Origin: Octopus bimaculoides
Lineage: Eukaryota
DNA length: 64,000 bases
Direction of reading: 5' to 3'
Assembly (NCBI RefSeq): GCF_001194135.2
Contig: NC_068983.1
Coordinates: forward strand, 53,342,280-53,406,279
Shown: positions 26,424 through 40,090 of the stretch, piece by piece
How the letters are laid out: every line of letters begins with the position of its first letter
Position numbering within the stretch: position 1 is the first letter of the stretch
The notes under the pieces: generated by a model
Database searches by the model: none
The model's input: the letters and a program-made list of their open reading frames with translations, nothing else
What the model was told of the DNA's origin: nothing
Program-made: the position numbers and the translations under genes

Positions 26424-26639
26424 GTACATGTATTCCTTGGGATTTATTCTGAGTTTTTTTTGCCAAAGCAAGATTCAAGCCAATCACTAACAAAGTGGCA
26501 ATGCTCTTTTGTTTAAGTCAAGACAATTCTTTGAGTTTGTGGTTGCTTGAATTGGTTAATGTACGCATATATGTGTGTGTATGTTTTCTGTGTCCATGTG
26601 TGTGTGGATAAACATGCATTTGTAGTGTGTAAGTCACAA

Positions 26640-27370
26640 CAGAACACAAGTGTGTATGTTTCACTACTGCTTATTCTCATGCATATATATGTATTCCATA
26701 TATATGTGTGGTTAGGTGCATATGTTCACCTTGTAAACTTAAATGGAGAATCCCTGAAATGCTTTATAAACTTTTACAATTCCTCTGATTAATTGTACCT
26801 GGAGAATGTCAATCAATTTTGTTCCTTTTGTGGAGAACCCACGAATTTCTAACTCAGTGTTCCTATGATAATAAGAAGGAATGAAAATCTGTAGCCTGGA
26901 TATTAGAGTTGTAGACTTCTCATCAGTTCTCCATAGATGTTCTCCTCTTCCCCAATTTCTGAAGAGACATTCGCATCCACTAATCAGCTGATCTTAAAAG
27001 CCAATACATAGTTTATGATCCCTTTCCCATACAACCATATCTGGCCTATTGTCTTTATACCAGGATGCTGTTTTTATTGGAATGTTTCACCATTGTTCTT
27101 CATTTTTAAAGCTGTGAATGCTCTCAGGTTCTGGTGTGCCTTGGTATGACTGTCCGGAGCCTCCTTGTGTATAGCATTGTAAATCGTCTTTGTGACAATG
27201 TGATGTCTCATAGGGAGGTAGTATCCCATAGACCTTTTTTGGCAGTTACTGATGATACAAGTGATATCTTCAACACTGGTATAGCATAACCAATATTTTC
27301 TGTCATAGCATTGGGGTTTAAGGGTGTTCTTATCTCTTTTGTTGATTAGGCATTTTGTAACTATCATTTG
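26640..27370 (-). mobile_element. Second, more decayed copy of the same R4/Dong-like LINE
   Basis: EDITCIISNC...YYLPMRH and KDNRPDMVVWERDHKLC...YGELMRSLQL*YPGYRF. The 3' UTR motif attctcatgcatata is shared with copy 1. Confidence 0.75.
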
Positions 27371-27399
27371 TTCTTGGATAATAACGGCATGAATGTTAT

Positions 27400-27587
27400 T
27401 ATTCAGTTTTATTTCAAGATTTCTTCCCTGTAGAGAAAGTGAAAGTTTCTAACCTAGATCCAAGACCCCTTCATAGGAATTTCATTAACATCAACAGGGT
27501 ATTTCTGTATGTATGTGTGTATGGGTACAGTATTTGGAGCCAGTCCACCTGCAGCTTCGTATGTATGTACGTACATACATACATACA

Positions 27588-27618
<31 letters not shown>

Positions 27619-27620
27619 GC
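27400..27620 (-). mobile_element. Third copy: 3' terminus only, plus (TATG)n/(CATA)n
   Basis: ttttatttcaagatttctt...tagagaaag...gtttctaacctagatccaag...caacagggtattt is homologous to 25328-25430. Confidence 0.75.
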
Positions 27621-30559
27621 ATGAATGATTCATTGATTGCATACATTTAATTGCTTAATCTTTCAAAATGTTATAAGAAGAGCAATATTCTTTCACCTGA
27701 TAAAATAGACGAGACTTGTTTGTCTCTGTGTTTGTTAATGTTTAACACAATGGTGTCACTTAAAAGAAGACAACACTGTGTCAAAATTTTAACTTTGTCA
27801 CTCATGAAGCCAGTAGAAAAATAAAAGAAATACTTAACACCACTGTACACAATATTATGATTTCTGTGTTTGCTTTGTTAACAGTCAGTAATAATTTGGA
27901 TTTCATAATATTAATATAATTTGTGATTAGATGCATCTCTACAAAAGTTGATTTACCAGGTCAGAAAACCTCTTTCACCTACTATTATTGTTTTTTTCAA
28001 AATGTCTGCTCTTCTAGAAAAGCTAAAAGAAGCAGTTATAAAATGTCTAAATAATAATTAGAAATGTTAGCTCCCTTTTTCCTATTTTGACTTTAAGAAA
28101 GTTCATTTACGTGGCTAAATGACCTTTTTAATGATATAAAGAAATCATGACTTTCTCTTATTTAGATGGAACAAAAGACTGAACAAGGATAACTGAAGGA
28201 AACTTTCAGAGAATGTTCAATGGTTAAGCAGTCAGCACAAATCCAGGTTACATTCTCTATGTAGAGAGTGGTTAGTTCAAGTTGTACTGTGGTGAAATTA
28301 AATATTAATAAATGTTAGCAATTTATCTTACACAGTTAAATTTTCTTCAAAAGTAATTTTATAGCATCACATGAAATGATTTCTTTGGATAAAAATAAAC
28401 TTTGGTTTAATAAAAATTTCAGTATGCAGTGAATTAAAAAACCCAACTGATAACTTATGTTGAATATGAAAAAAAATTGGATTATATTAGTTTACTGAAA
28501 ATATTAGATATGTTATTACATAGTTATTTTTATCACTGTCAAAAACTGATTTAAAAATCTGTAGACTGCAATTGATTATGGTAGTAAAGTTAATAAAATT
28601 TCTCTTTTGGCATTTTTAAGGTTAGCTTTATTGCTACCTAAGTGTTTCATAGATTGTTAACACCAAATAATTTCTGCCTTGAGATTCACAACATCAAACA
28701 GCCTTAACTAAAATGAGCATAATTAGATAGGAAGAAAGCCAAATAAACAAGTAGTGATATTAACAAATAGAAAGATGTTACATAATGCTAATGATTAAAA
28801 CATGATGTGGATATGATAATAAGTAGGTGAAGATGAAATTAAATGTTATACATCATTCTAAACCCCAAATTATATTTTGATTTGGTCTATTTTATTGGCT
28901 GAAAGAACAAAACTATTCTGAAAGATTATTTTGAAAGATTAAGCAATTAACCAAAAACGTATTCATCAAAAGCATAATGTGACAATAACAGTCACATATG
29001 GTGGTTTTAAATAAACAAGCTTGTGCTTTCACATTTAACGAGGTATAAAAACCAAAATAATATAATAAAGGTTTTTTTATCAGGTTTTAATATATTTGAA
29101 TATCATAAAAAAGAATTAAAATGTCAGTGACATAATATTTTTAGTTCATAAATACATCCTATTATATACATTTATTTATTTTGGTTCTGATCTTCTTTTT
29201 TTTTTCATGAATATAAGGTAATAATAAACATTAATGAACTGCCTTTTATCCTTTTAAGAGGGCAATAATATTTTGCTGCAGCAATACATAGCTACTTATC
29301 TTATTTTGCACCCCTAGATTGTTAAAAATATAATGTCATAGGTTTTATATGTAAAACTTTTTAATATAGCATCATTCATTACATTCTCAAATATTTTTTA
29401 ATATTACTAAGCAGACATATTTTATTTTATGGTTTCTGGTTCGTTTTATATTTTTCTTTTCTGTTGATACTACCATATTTCTACTGCTGCAATAATGTTA
29501 GCAGCTATTGAAGTTTTTGCTATTTCTATGACTATAAAAACTATAGCATATTTATTTTTTTATGCATCCAATGGATACACTGGTGTGAATTTTTTTCCCT
29601 CCTATTTCCACTTTTACAATATTTACAGCTTAGTATTCATTTTTCTCTTATTACTTTAATATGAATACTTTGAAAATCCTGTGGATATGATGGTTCCCAG
29701 TTGTCTACAAAGGCCATTTCCTTTATGTATACACGTAAGAGTTTGTAGTTATGAAAAAGAAACAACATTTGACAGAAATCTGATATATTGTAGCTGGTTG
29801 ATAAAAAATAGGAAATACAAACTAGGTGATTATTAAGAAAGAAGTAGATGATATTTACAACATGAAGTATTTACAGGAAGATACAGCAACTAGATCTCTC
29901 TCAAATCACTTGCTACTCTTATATATTAAAAAAAAAGTGCACAGTAGATAATGTTGTTCAAGATAACCCTAAAAACAGTTAGTTATTGTTAGAAGGCCTA
30001 TTAATTATAGGTCTGCTTAATAAGTGTTGACCTGAGGCTAAATAAAAACATTTTTATTGACACTGGAGCAGGTGTGTATAGAAAAAAAAAAACAGAAATG
30101 ATGAGAATTTTTTTTACTAGTTATGTTATTTCATGGAATAATTTTTCTTTTCATTTAAGAAGGGTTAAATATGAGCATAACTAATATATTGCTGAATACT
30201 TGCAAAACTCACGACTTTCTATGCACAAACTGTGTGAAAATAGAAAACACATATCTACAGCATTGGTATTTGATGAACTGGTATTATAAGTGAATTATTT
30301 TAATATTTTCTTCAACATTTCTATCAGAAATTATTAGTTCTTCTGAGTACATACCAAAAAAGCATTCAAGTGCATCATTGGTGTTGAATATGCAAGTTTT
30401 GTTCCTGTACATACTCTATTTGTCCCTTACTTGTATGTACACTTTCTTCCCCAAGGCACTCATTTCTGGTACAAAAGTGTAACATACAAACATTGGATAT
30501 TCTTGTTCATGTTCCTTGCCTTCAGGCTTTGGTGGTTATGGATTTCAATATCATCCTTT

Positions 30560-32990
30560 CCCACACAGAACTCAGCATATTATTGGGGGCCATTCTGGAG
30601 CTACATGATAAGGTTCATCAAGTATCTTGGAAATGACAATGATAAAGTTATTATTTATCAAGTTGATGTATGTGTTGTGACTAAAACTGTTGGGATTTTA
30701 CATATCAAAATAGATAAGATCATGAAAACATTAAAATAATCAATCAAACTAAGTCTATGTTAAAGACTGATGAATTGTCTTTTGTGGCATATATACTCAC
30801 AAAAGATGGTACATCACCAAATTATCATTTAGTTTTGAGAATTATGGATATAAAAAACTATATTATAGATCTTGGTCTTGTCAATTTCTGTGGTATATAT
30901 AAACACATATACAACAGAAAAAAAAAAATTATATATATTGATCATTATTCAAACCACATAACATTGCTTACATCACTTAAAACATGTGTTCCATGTTTGG
31001 CAGGTGTCCAGTAACAGGTGTGTGAATATATAAACTGTTGTTTGTATCGGAACCAGTGGCCCAACTGACACAAGTGTAAAATGATATCAAGAATACATTC
31101 ACAAGTGTTGAAAGCATTAACCATAGGGAAAACAAGATACATAAATATTAAAAACAAAGATGCATCTGGTAGCTGTGTTGTTTATTCGAAAAGCAAAGTG
31201 TTTTCTTCTTGAGTAAAATTTTAAATTGGTCTCAGATCACAGGACACCAACTGTAATGTATTTTTCAGAAATTAGTTTCTTTGATTGTAATGTATAACCA
31301 GTAAATGCTGGTTCAAAGAAACTAATTTCTAGTCATAGTCCTGTACGTTATTGCGAATGGCCATTCTCTCTCTCTCTTCCTCTTCCTGTCTAATGTTCAT
31401 GCTCTTTATATCAACGTTATTTGCATAACACCAACATTAATTTTTAGCAAAATTTGTTGTCACCAACATTAACATCTGCACAAAGTTTAAGATGTATCTT
31501 ACAGCTGATAGTGGTTCGTTATGATATACATTATGAAATGATATCTCAAATACCATATGTTGATACATTATCACAGTTTACATTTGTTAATAATAATAAT
31601 CATCATCATCATCATCATTGTTTACTGTCCACTTTCCATGCTGGCATGGGTTGGACGATTTGACTAAGGACTAGCAAACCAGATGGCTGCACCAGGCTCC
31701 AATCTGATCTGGCAGAGTTTCTACAGCTGGATGCCCTTCCTAATGCCAACCACTCTGAAAGTGTAATGGGTGCTTTTACATGCCACTGGCATGAGGGCCA
31801 AAAGGTGGTACTGGCAACGGCCATGGTCAAATGGTATTTTTTACATGCCACCTGCACAGGAGCCAGTCCAGCGGCACTGGCAACGACCTCACTTGAATAG
31901 TTTTTCACTTGCCACTGGCACAAGTGCCAGTGAGGCAACGCTGGTAACAGTCATGCTCGAATGGTGCTTTTTATGTGCCACCAGCATGGAAGCCAGTCAG
32001 CTGCTCTGGCAACGATCACACTTGGATGGTGCTCTTAGAGCTCCACTAGCACGGATGCTAGTTATCGAATTTAACTTCGATTTCAATTGCCTCAACAGGT
32101 CTTCGCAAGCAGATTTTAGTGGGTTACGGTTAATGTAATCATGATGGCTGTGGTGATGATGACGGTGGTGGTGGTGGTGGCGGCGGCGGCAGTTGATAAT
32201 GATGATGTTATAAAACGTGAAAATATAGAAGTAGAAACTACCAATGATAATATTTTATTTATTTTTGAAAAGGATTCATAATATCTATAAGAGTAATTGC
32301 TCTGTTATTAAAACATTACTTAAGAGATCGAAAAAAGAATTTAAATGTTGAAGATGGTATTTTGTATAATAGAGAATTAAAAATTAACTATTCTACTAAT
32401 CTCTTTGAAAACATTTATAATAAAAGCTGTGCCTCTTATGATGATGTGCTTTATAGATCAATGACAATAAAGAATCGGTTGGCATTTGAAGTATGGTGGC
32501 CAGGTAACTGTGAAGGATATTATGATATAAAAAATGTCCAATATGTGCTAAAATTGTATGAGAGTTACCTCACACAATGGCCTCAAGAAATTAAGCATGA
32601 GTATGTAAAGAACTTATGGTTGTTCTTAATACTTGTTGAAACATACTGTAGATGGCCAGATGTAATACAGATTAAGATGTTGAAACAGTTAAGATTGTAT
32701 ATCTGGAGTTGGTATTTTAGAAGCATAGCTGTCTGATAAGGCCAATAAATTTCATGATAATGACTAACTAATGTGGCAAAATAAGATTGGGATGAACCTC
32801 CATATCATCTAGAATCAAATGGAATTTTGAACAAATGATTGCAAGTGTTAAAATTAGTTTAAAAGAATATTGCCTATGTATAGGTTCTATTAATGCGTAG
32901 TTAAGTAACACGCTTTTGAGATATTGGGCAGAATTTTTCACTGAGGAAAACTGCTTTGATGGGCAGACAAATGCGATCACCATTAACGTC
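30560..32990 (+). mobile_element. Second decayed Gypsy element (RT, RNase H, integrase), interrupted by an RTE tail
   Basis: RT thumb ELSFVAYILTKDGTSP...LGLVNFC; RNase H VFFLSKIFKLVSDHRTP; integrase EVWWPG, LFLILVETYCRWPDV and PPYHLESNG (~32797). Confidence 0.7.
31605..32135 (-). mobile_element. RTE LINE 3' UTR with repeated GTGCCAC..GGCAC modules
   Basis: (CAT)n...tttccatgctggcatgggttggacg followed by several tttta(c/t)(a/g)tgcca units. Confidence 0.85.
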
Positions 32991-34253
32991 TTATGAGATT
33001 GTTGCAACTCTTGTTTGGTATTGATGCGGAGGTCATGCTGAACTCCATGCAGGTTATGATACAGTTGTGATTCTTAAGGGGTGAACAGGATGTTTATTCA
33101 TGCAGATCAAATAAACAATGACACAAACATTGATAATTAACAAAATGCTGAATCAGTCCCTCAAGCTTTAGATGATATTTCAGATACTATAAATAAAGAT
33201 TTTGATTGCACAATTGGTGCAGGAACAAACATTGCAAACAATATGAAATGCAGTTCTCCAATAGTAAAAGAAATTAAAGCAATTCATTTCTAAGACAGGT
33301 GATATTATTGTCATGTTAATGTTATTGTAGTGTTGCATGCATTTTACTTGCTTACATGTGGTCAAGGCTATTTAAGGTGACAGTTGAAAAAAGATGTAAA
33401 GGATTATGTAAGACTGGTTTACTTTGGCTGAATTCAGTACAAGAATTATTTTATTTTATTTTGTCTGTTTGGGACTTTTATATTATCCGATACATTATTT
33501 TGCCATAAACAGTTCATCTGGTACAAATAATTAGTGATTTCTGTTATCTTAATTATTTGTAAACTTTCTTACTACTCTAATTCAGGTGACATTTAAAAAT
33601 GAAGCAAAAGTTGGTCTTTAGATGTAAAATGGGCTAAAATTTCTTGAAAAGAAACATATTTTTACGAACAGACACAGATTGCTTATGTTTATAATAAATC
33701 TCAATATTTAGTTTACAAAATTCTTTAATTTGTGGGTTACCTTATTTATTAGATGAGGTAAATAAATTTGCAAACACTTGAAAACAAATTACAATACTGA
33801 TCTTATACGTCTTAAGTTGATTGTTTAACCTTTACCAAAATAAGGAATTTTTAGATATAAAAAAAGCCCTCCTCTCATAAATTATTGCACAACCACACCA
33901 ATTATGTTATTATCTAAATTAGACTGATGAAAACTGATATTAATTAAATTCAAATTTTGTACAATTTATCAAATTTATGATCTTTGAAAACTCTAATAAA
34001 ATATCCAAGCCTAAATATAAAATATTGACTTAATTTAATTGAGTTTGTAGAACAAAGTCTGTTGGAAACTGATGAATCAATTTTTACAAAGGTTTCTTAA
34101 AGGGAAAAATTCATCAAAAATTTAAAGATTCCTCATTAAATTCTTTAAGAAGCAACATTTTTTATATTCTAAATGAGCAGAAATTTAATTTTCCTTAATT
34201 ACTTAGAGTTTTGCTTTCAACATACACAATTTTTTTGTTTTGTTTTTGTATAT

Positions 34254-34294
<41 letters not shown>

Positions 34295-34469
34295 CTGTGT
34301 GTGCATACCTTTCCACCTGTTGACTTTTCTCTTGAGGATTTCTGTATTGCACATACAGACTCACTATTAACTACATATGAAATACAGTGTATAATATATA
34401 TATTAAACAATATAAATACATAGCATCTATAATATATTAAATAGTATCTTATACCTTTTACTTGTTTCA

Positions 34470-34785
34470 ATCATTAGACTGTGGCCATGACAGGTCACCA
34501 CCTTAAAAGAGATTAGTTAAACAAATTGACTCCAGCGCTTCATTTATTGTAAGCCTGATACTTATTCTGTTAGTCTCTTTTGCTGAACCACTGAGTTGCA
34601 AAGACATAAAGACACCAATATCAGTTGTCAAGCGGTGATGCTGGAACAAACACACACACACACACAATACAAGAGACTTCTTTCAGTTTCTTTCAACCAA
34701 ATCCACTCACAAAACTATGGTTGACCAAAGACTATTCTAGAAGACACTTGCTCAAGGTGCCACGCAGTGGGACTGAACATGGAAT
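34470..34785 (-). mobile_element. tRNA-derived SINE (partial)
   Basis: tacttgtttcaatcatt...ctttcagtttc...caaggtgccacgcagtgggactgaac, the reverse complement of the 24397 family. Confidence 0.75.
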
Positions 34786-34939
34786 TTGAAGGAATAAGTG
34801 CTTTCTTCAAACTTTTATTTGATATTTCAAAAAATATTCAGACAGTGGATATTCAAAAGAAAACCAGGCTCAGTTTACTAGCTGATTATTGGAAACAAGC
34901 AAACTCTGAGTACTGGAAATTGGAGCCTTTCAGTTGTAA

Positions 34940-34975
<36 letters not shown>

Positions 34976-34987
34976 NNNNNNNNNNCT

Positions 34988-36275
34988 GTATTCATCATCA
35001 TCATCGTTTAACGTCCGCTTTCCATGCTGGCATGGGTTGGAGGGATTGACTGAGGGCTGGGAAACCAGAAGGCTGCACCAGGCTCCAAACTGATCTGGCA
35101 AAGTTTCTACAGCTGGTTGCCCTTTCTAATGCCAACCACTCCGAGAGTGTAGTGAGTGCTTTTTGTATGCCACCGGCACTGGCATTGACCATGCTCAAAT
35201 GCTGCTTTTTATGTGCCACTGGCACGGTAACCAGTCAGGTGGCATTGGCACTGATCATGCTCTAATGGTGCTTTTTACGTGGCACCGGCATGGGTGCTAA
35301 TCAGGTAGTACTGTCATCGGAACAACGGCAACTTCAATTGCCTCAACAGGTCTTTGCAAGCGCAGTTTGTTTTCCAATGATTGAAGGGTACTCTTAAATG
35401 GGCTGGTTATGCTGCACTGGCATAGGCCACGGTTATGGTCTCACTTGGTTTATTGGGTCTTCTCAAGCACTGCATATCTCCAAAGGTCTCAGTCACTTGT
35501 CATCGTCTCGGTGAAGCCCAACATTCGAAGGTCATACTTCACTACCTCATCCCATGTTTTCATGGGTTACCTCTTCCATAGGTTCCCTTTACTGCTAGGG
35601 TGTGACACTTTTTCACATGGCTGTCCTCATCCATACGCAACACATGACCATACCAGCACAGTCATCTCTCTTGCACACCACATATGATGCTTCTTATGTC
35701 CAACTTTTCTCTCAGGGCACTTACAGTCTGTCGTGTATGCACACTGACATTACACATCCAGCGGAGCATACTGGCTTCATTCCTTGCAAGCTTACACATG
35801 TCCTCAGCAGTCACTGCCCATGTTTCACTGCCATGTAGCATGGCTGTTCACACACATGCATCATACAATCTACCTACCTTTTACTCTGAGCGAGAGGCCC
35901 TTTGTCACCAGCAGAGGTAGGAGCTCTCTGAACTTTGCCCAGGCTATTCTTATTCTAGCAGCTACACTTTCAAAGCATCCATCGCCGCTACTGACTTGGT
36001 CACCTAGGCAATGGAAGCTATCAACTACTTGTAGTTTTTTCTCCCTGAAATGTGACTGAAGCTGTTTTCTGCACATTTTCAGCTAACTACTAATCTATGT
36101 TGTGGGGTGCATTCTTCCCCTGGGAAGGTTTTGGCATTTATAAGTAGCCATCTTTCCCATTTCCTGGTGAGGATGTAATCAATTTGACTTGTGTGTCCAC
36201 CAGATCGGNNNNNNNNNNTTGACTTGTGTGTCCACCAGATCGGTAGGTGACTGGCAGGTTTCTTGAAGTTAGTAT
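34988..36275 (-). mobile_element. RTE LINE with an internal deletion: APE endonuclease end joined to post-RT C-terminus and full 3' UTR
   Basis: RSGGHTSQIDYILTRKWERWLLINAKTFPGEECTPQHRLVVS abuts ...KKLQVVDSFHCLGDQVSSGDGCFESVAARIRIAWAKFRELLPLL at about 36085. Confidence 0.8.
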
Positions 36276-38429
36276 AACAATATATGATATGTAATATAAC
36301 ATACATATAGCCATGTATATGTTATATTACATATAATATGTAGTATAGCACATATATAGCCATATACATTATATGTGTGTATATGTGTTATGCAGTTAAT
36401 ATGTGAGTCTATATATACAGTAAAACTACAGAATCAGTTAATTCAGTGCCTGGGTAGAGCAAATATTTAATGTGTTGGTTATGGTTCAGTTTATAGCATT
36501 TCTTCACTTTTTTTTTTTTTTTTTGGTAAAAGTTTCATATCTTTAAAGTAATCATTCATTCAGAGTAGAAGAAAATCAATTTGATGAAATCAAATTAGAT
36601 CAATGGGTACATCTTCTTGTTGCTTGATTGAACACGCAAATGCAAGAAACTTGGAGTAACAATGAAATGAAAAGAAAAAAAAACAGCTTCAAATGAATAC
36701 ATACACTAATATTTACACTGAATACTCTTTATCTTTCTTGTACATCCATGTGAGTGTGTGTGTGTGTGTGTGTGTGCACGCGCATGTCTTTGAGTGTGTA
36801 TAGCCTTCAATAATTCTTTTTCCATTCTTCTATTATTGGCCTTACTAAAACACATTAGTCCCAACTTCATATTATTGTACATCAATATGTACGTACCTCA
36901 TATTTTCTTTACTATTTTTAATTCGTGGCTTGACATTTTAAGTTACAAGTTACAATCATAGTATAAGACATTTTATAGATTGCATCATGCACAACTATGA
37001 ACTAAATATTCATGTTTCCAGTTCATTCTCTACAAACTTGGCTGACCAATCTACTATTATCTTCTCTGCAATTTACCAACTGCTTCTTTACAAGCCAACA
37101 AGCAAACTGCAGCATGTTTGCTTAATCTGCTAAAAATAGTAACCAGTTGCATCAAATTACACCAAATCTTTACAAAGAAAAAGACATTTGATGATGTCAT
37201 ACAGGAAAAACTATGCATGGGAAAGCGATGATGGTCATGGCTGGAATGAATTTGAGCTGATGCTAAATAACAACTCCAACTTCTAATCCTGCTCTTTTTA
37301 CAGCTCATTTGTGCTTCTTTCCTTAAAATTCAACCTACAGTACTATGAGTCAACTAACTCTTGAAATAGCTATTAGAGGTATCTTTTTGAAATATTTATC
37401 TGGCAGCTTTATCTTTGATGTTTGCTTCACTTTTCTATTGGAATGATTCATAATTCCTTGTTTCTTTTTTTCTTTTTATTTCACAGCTTTTATGCCGTTT
37501 TGATACTGTTTGATCTTTTCTAGCATCACTACTTTTGTTTTGCTGATACCCTCAAATCATTTCCAAGGATTTGGTTATTGCTTGTTTTGCTAGTTGCATA
37601 ACAGCTAAATTATTTGCATATTGCATAGATTTTCAGTCTATTTTTCCAGTGGGAGGGGGGAATCTCATATACTTTGATGGGGGAGAAAAAAAACAAACAA
37701 ATAGTATTTTTGATTCTCTTCTCTCCAGTTGGACCTAGCTTTGAAGCCTGCCTCCTCTCCTTTCTTCTATTGCATATGAAATGATTTTAAAGGACTTTAA
37801 TTGGTCAATTACAACTGTCAGCTACTTAATTTTAGTGAGAAATTACTTCTCTGCAGCATCATTGTTCAGAGAGTTTTGGATTACCAATTGAAGAATTGAT
37901 ACTTGGTAATCCATCATCTGTGCTGTGTTCTATCAACTGGCAAGGCACTTTAACCTGTCTAATTACAAGTGGGCTCTATTGTAGAAAGATTTCACTGCCT
38001 TTATGTTCTAGGGAATTGTATTATTAAGAGCTATTCTCTTATCTATGTTCAAACTCTTCTTTAACATAGTGTGGTATGTTGCAAGTATTCATTTTAGGTC
38101 TTTTAATTGAATTTAGTATCTCATGCTGGGCTTCTGAGACTAATGAGTGGAAAGGAAGAGGTTATTGTATAACTATGCGTGTGAACTCACATATAAACCT
38201 ACTAATTGACACACATATACATACATTCATAGATACATACATATATATTGCACACATGCACGTGTGTGAGTATGTGTGTGGTGACCTCTGGCAGATAGTT
38301 ACTGCAAGGGAAATAGTCATTTCTTCATAATATTTAATGAGATTAAAAGTGAGTTTGAAATTAAGGAATTATAAGGAAAAAGATTCATACAGGTTTTATA
38401 CTTTTATTTTGTTTCTTATTTATTATAAA

Positions 38430-38715
38430 GTTCTTAGAACAGTCAGTGCTGCAGTTGATCTGATCAAAAGAACAGCCAGCTCATGAAATTAGCATGCAAG
38501 TAGTGGCTGAACACTCCACAGATACATGTTCTCATAGTTCTCATTGGAGATTCGACATGACAGAGTGTGACAAGAGTGGCCCTTTGAATTACAGGTACTA
38601 CTCACTTTTGTTAACTGAGTGGACTGCAGCAATAAGAAATCAAATGTCTTACTGAAGGACACAATATGCGCCAGGCACCAAACTCATAACCTTTACAACC
38701 ATGAGCTGAATATAT
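38430..38715 (-). mobile_element. MetaSINE/V-SINE-like element (degenerate)
   Basis: The minus strand has tgtgtccttcagtaagacattt...gctgcagtccactcag, resembling the recalled gtgtccttgagcaagacac / ccagtccactcagctg core. A similar segment lies near 58560-58760. Confidence 0.45.
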
Positions 38716-38789
38716 ATACATGTATAAAAGCATATATGTGTGTGTGTGTGTGTGTGTGTATACACACATATATATTCCACTGTACTTGA

Positions 38790-39160
38790 GAAGACCTGTT
38801 GAGCCAAGTGTAATCATAGTCGTGGCCAATTCCAGTGCCACCTTACTGGTAAAAAGTACCATTTGAGTGTGATCGATGCCAGTACCATCTCACTGGCTCC
38901 TGGGCTAGCTGGTGACATGTAAAAAGCACTGTTCGAGCATAATTAATGCCAGTGCCTCCTGACTGGCTTCCATGCTGGTGGCATGCAAAAAGCACCCACC
39001 ACACTCTCAGAGTGGTTGGTGTTAGGAAGGGCATCCAGCTATAGAAACCTTGCCAGATCAGATTGGAGCCTGATGCAGCCTCCTGGCTTGCCAGTCCTCA
39101 GTCAAACCGTCCAACCCATGCCAGCATGGAAAGCGGGCGTAAAACAATGATGATGATGAT
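38790..39160 (+). mobile_element. RTE LINE 3' UTR
   Basis: aaaagcac modules, then cactctcagagtggttggtgttaggaaggg...gcatggaaagcgggcgtaaaacaatgatgatgatg. Confidence 0.85.
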
Positions 39161-39727
39161 ATATACATATGTGTGTGTGTGTGTGTGTGTGTACACTTCA
39201 GCCAGTGGTGTGCTTGCAAGATTACATATACAATGACAAAACATGTTGCTTCTTTCCTTCCTCCTGTCTCTGAGGCCCCACTACAAGATCTCATTCTCTA
39301 TTCCACAGTTGTTTCTGGCCACTTTCACTTCTAGATCAGAGCTGTGGTTCCGAATAAAACTGATGTGCAACAAACCATCTAACATTAAACTCATTGGCAC
39401 CTAACACTAAACAGTTGTCTTATTACAGATAACAAAACAGTCTCTCCAGTTGCTAAGTTGCTCTCTATCATGATCAACACACCAACTATCATGAAGATCA
39501 TGGCAGAAACAGAAATTATTTAGCATTGTCAGTTTTAATATTATTACAATAACGTTAGTTACTGCATTGATTGACTTATCTATTATTTCATAGTTTTTGT
39601 TTGTTTGAATACTCAGATATTTGTCAATATTTAATATCTGTAATAAACAATATTACTTTCCTTTTTGATGTCAGGATTTTGACAATTTCTGTTATTCTTT
39701 CACCTCTTTACTTGCACATACTCTCCA

Positions 39728-39729
<2 letters not shown>

Positions 39730-39771
<42 letters not shown>

Positions 39772-40090
39772 TCTTCTCTTTCTCTTCCTTGCTCTCTCCA
39801 TTCACTCTCACATTCTGTGTGTGAGTGTGTGTGTGTGTGCATGTGACATATATATATACACACACACACATACACATTCATACAAACATATATATATATA
39901 CACACACACACACGCATACACATTCATACAAACATATATATACATATATATATATATACATACACACACATATACATTCATACAAACATATATATATATA
40001 TACATATATATANNNNNNNNNNTATGCATACACACACACAAATACACACACATTCATGCATATATATATAGAGAGAGAGAGAGAGAGAAA
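39730..40090. repeat. Compound (CT)n/(TG)n/(TA)n(CA)n/(GA)n microsatellite with a higher-order unit catacattcatacaaacatata
   Basis: Direct reading; the unit recurs three times between about 39870 and 39995. Confidence 0.9.

Noticed and set aside
31770-32040. Repeat-spacer-like pattern suggesting a CRISPR array
   Set aside because: Eukaryotic context with no cas genes; the units are degenerate modules of the RTE 3' UTR.
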